Made by a program: the position numbers and the translations under genes
Source: Balanoglossus misakiensis
Lineage: Eukaryota > Animalia > Hemichordata
DNA: 64,000 nucleotides
NCBI GenBank assembly: GCA_040954595.2
Contig: CM082587.2
Coordinates: 11,413,403-11,477,402 of the forward strand
Reading direction: 5' to 3'
Notes under the pieces: model-generated
The model's input: only the letters and a program-made list of their open reading frames with translations
Told to the model about the DNA's origin: nothing
Databases searched by the model: none
Shown here: positions 62,777 through 64,000 of the stretch, in pieces
Layout of the letters: every line of letters begins with the position of its first letter
Position numbering within the stretch: position 1 is the stretch's first letter

Positions 62777-62809
62777 CCGCCATCTTGAAAACCGCATTGC
62801 ATTGTGGGA
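62777..62809. promoter_or_regulatory. Possible promoter: YY1-like CCGCCATCTT plus ZNF143/Staf-like TGCATTGTGGGA
   Basis: Motif matches only; ~820 bp upstream of the exon at 63632. Confidence 0.3.
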
Positions 62810-63631
62810 CGACTGGGGGGAAGTACCTGAAGACCTGTGTTTTCAGCAACTACTATTTTATTTCAAACCAAAAAAATCCTGCCAATGAATACTCTGTAAG
62901 GGTAATCAGTCATAGCAGGGGAATTGATCTCTGGCACTCGATCACCAAGACTGGAGACCATAGACTGGAGTTAGGCCTTCTAACTAGGGTTTTAGTTTTA
63001 TTTTTAACAAAGAAAAGCACAAAAAAATGTGATATCAGGATTTAATAGAAGTTGTACACAAACATTTATGTGTTATAAAAATTGAGTCCCAAATTTCAAA
63101 TCAATCAGAGAAAAAAATGATTTAAGACCAAAAACGGCCAAAATTGCCCCAAGAACACAAATATGGAAATTTCACTGATTTTTACAACAGCTTACTTTGG
63201 TTATGTATCCCTACTTTAAATTTGGCATGTTATCAGCAAACACCTGATAGGAAGCCAGGTTTATGGGGGACTTATCTGCCGTGTGTGTACATTACTTGAG
63301 ATAAAAATGGGGGGGGGGGGGGGGAGGTTAGCTGCTGGTAATGTAATGGTTTGTATATCATTTTAGTCAAATATCAATTTCTCTAGCACTGCCTCTCTAA
63401 AATTGCCATCACACATGACACTTTATTGGCCTATTGTTAATTTCTTTTTACATTTCTGTGTTTAAATATGGTTAGGTCAGATCTGCTTTTTTAATTAGTA
63501 TCATATGTGTTGAGTACAATGAAAATTTATTTAGTTATTGATATGCTCTTTCAAAACAATAGATACTTTTTTAGAGGAATCAGTGAACATAAATGTTTAT
63601 ATGTGACCAAGTTTTGTTTGTTTCTCTTCAG

Positions 63632-64000
63632 AATATCTTCAGTAGTTGGTACAATTGGCAATAACGCAAGGGAAGAATACCTGCATCAGTTACAAGCCCA
63701 GAACAGAAAGTGGGAGCTATCATCTGGCAATACATATGTATTGTCAGATTGTGAAATTGAGACTGGGCAGTTGATATCACAGCACGTTATTGTCAAACGT
63801 AACCTGCGATTTTACAGTGTGCAGAGTACGTCTCAGGAGTTCCTGTATACATGTTCATGTCAGGATGGGTTAATCCAAGCAGCCAGATTATCCTCATCTC
63901 AGCGTGGGATACCAGAAAACTTTGATGAGTTCATCACAACTGAAAAAAATAAATACTGTCTTCATGCCTGGGCAGCAAGTGAACTTTTTCCTGATGTACC
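63632..64000 (+). CDS. Partial coding exon with SWIM-like CxC...CxH motif (possibly KDZ/Zisupton- or HMGXB3-like transposon protein)
   Basis: Acceptor ttttgtttgtttctcttcAG at 63631. The frame from 63633 is open for 122 codons to the window edge: ...RKWELSSGNTYVLSDCEIETGQL...FLYTCSCQDG...NKYCLHAW. It is absent from the ORF track, presumably because it has no stop in the window. Confidence 0.6.

Overview
AT-rich eukaryotic (animal, probably marine invertebrate; inference) repeat-dense DNA with no recognisable ordinary host gene, rRNA, tRNA or CRISPR. Left third: a stack of ~1.4-1.5 kb non-autonomous Helentron-associated elements (HINE/DINE-1-like, <1-4835) and a 19-kb apparently intact autonomous Helentron (4999-24080) encoding an OTU-Zn finger-HUH Rep-Pif1 helicase-APE endonuclease protein on the minus strand. 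Both are inserted into a minus-strand copy of an L1/Tx1-type LINE. From 24885 to 61558: a hierarchical ~2.05-kb macrosatellite (81-bp, 162-bp, ~2.05-kb and 4097-bp levels) whose central 20 kb (33105-53254) is inverted. It carries the second, uninterrupted but 5'-truncated copy of the same LINE insertion (36369-40988, 17-bp TSD), a second HINE family (26692-28530) and a CACTG-ended CMC/EnSpm-like element (56993-61190, 3-bp TSD), and it ends at a third Helentron-family left end (61558). A SWIM-like zinc-finger exon runs off the right edge. Most notable observations: both inversion breakpoints and one Helentron-family insertion fall on the same satellite motif, which mimics a Helentron 3' hairpin+ATTTT terminus; the autonomous Helentron has ~1-kb direct terminal repeats whose recombination would give a HINE-sized 'solo' element; and the duplicated arm supplies paralogous empty sites for three insertions.
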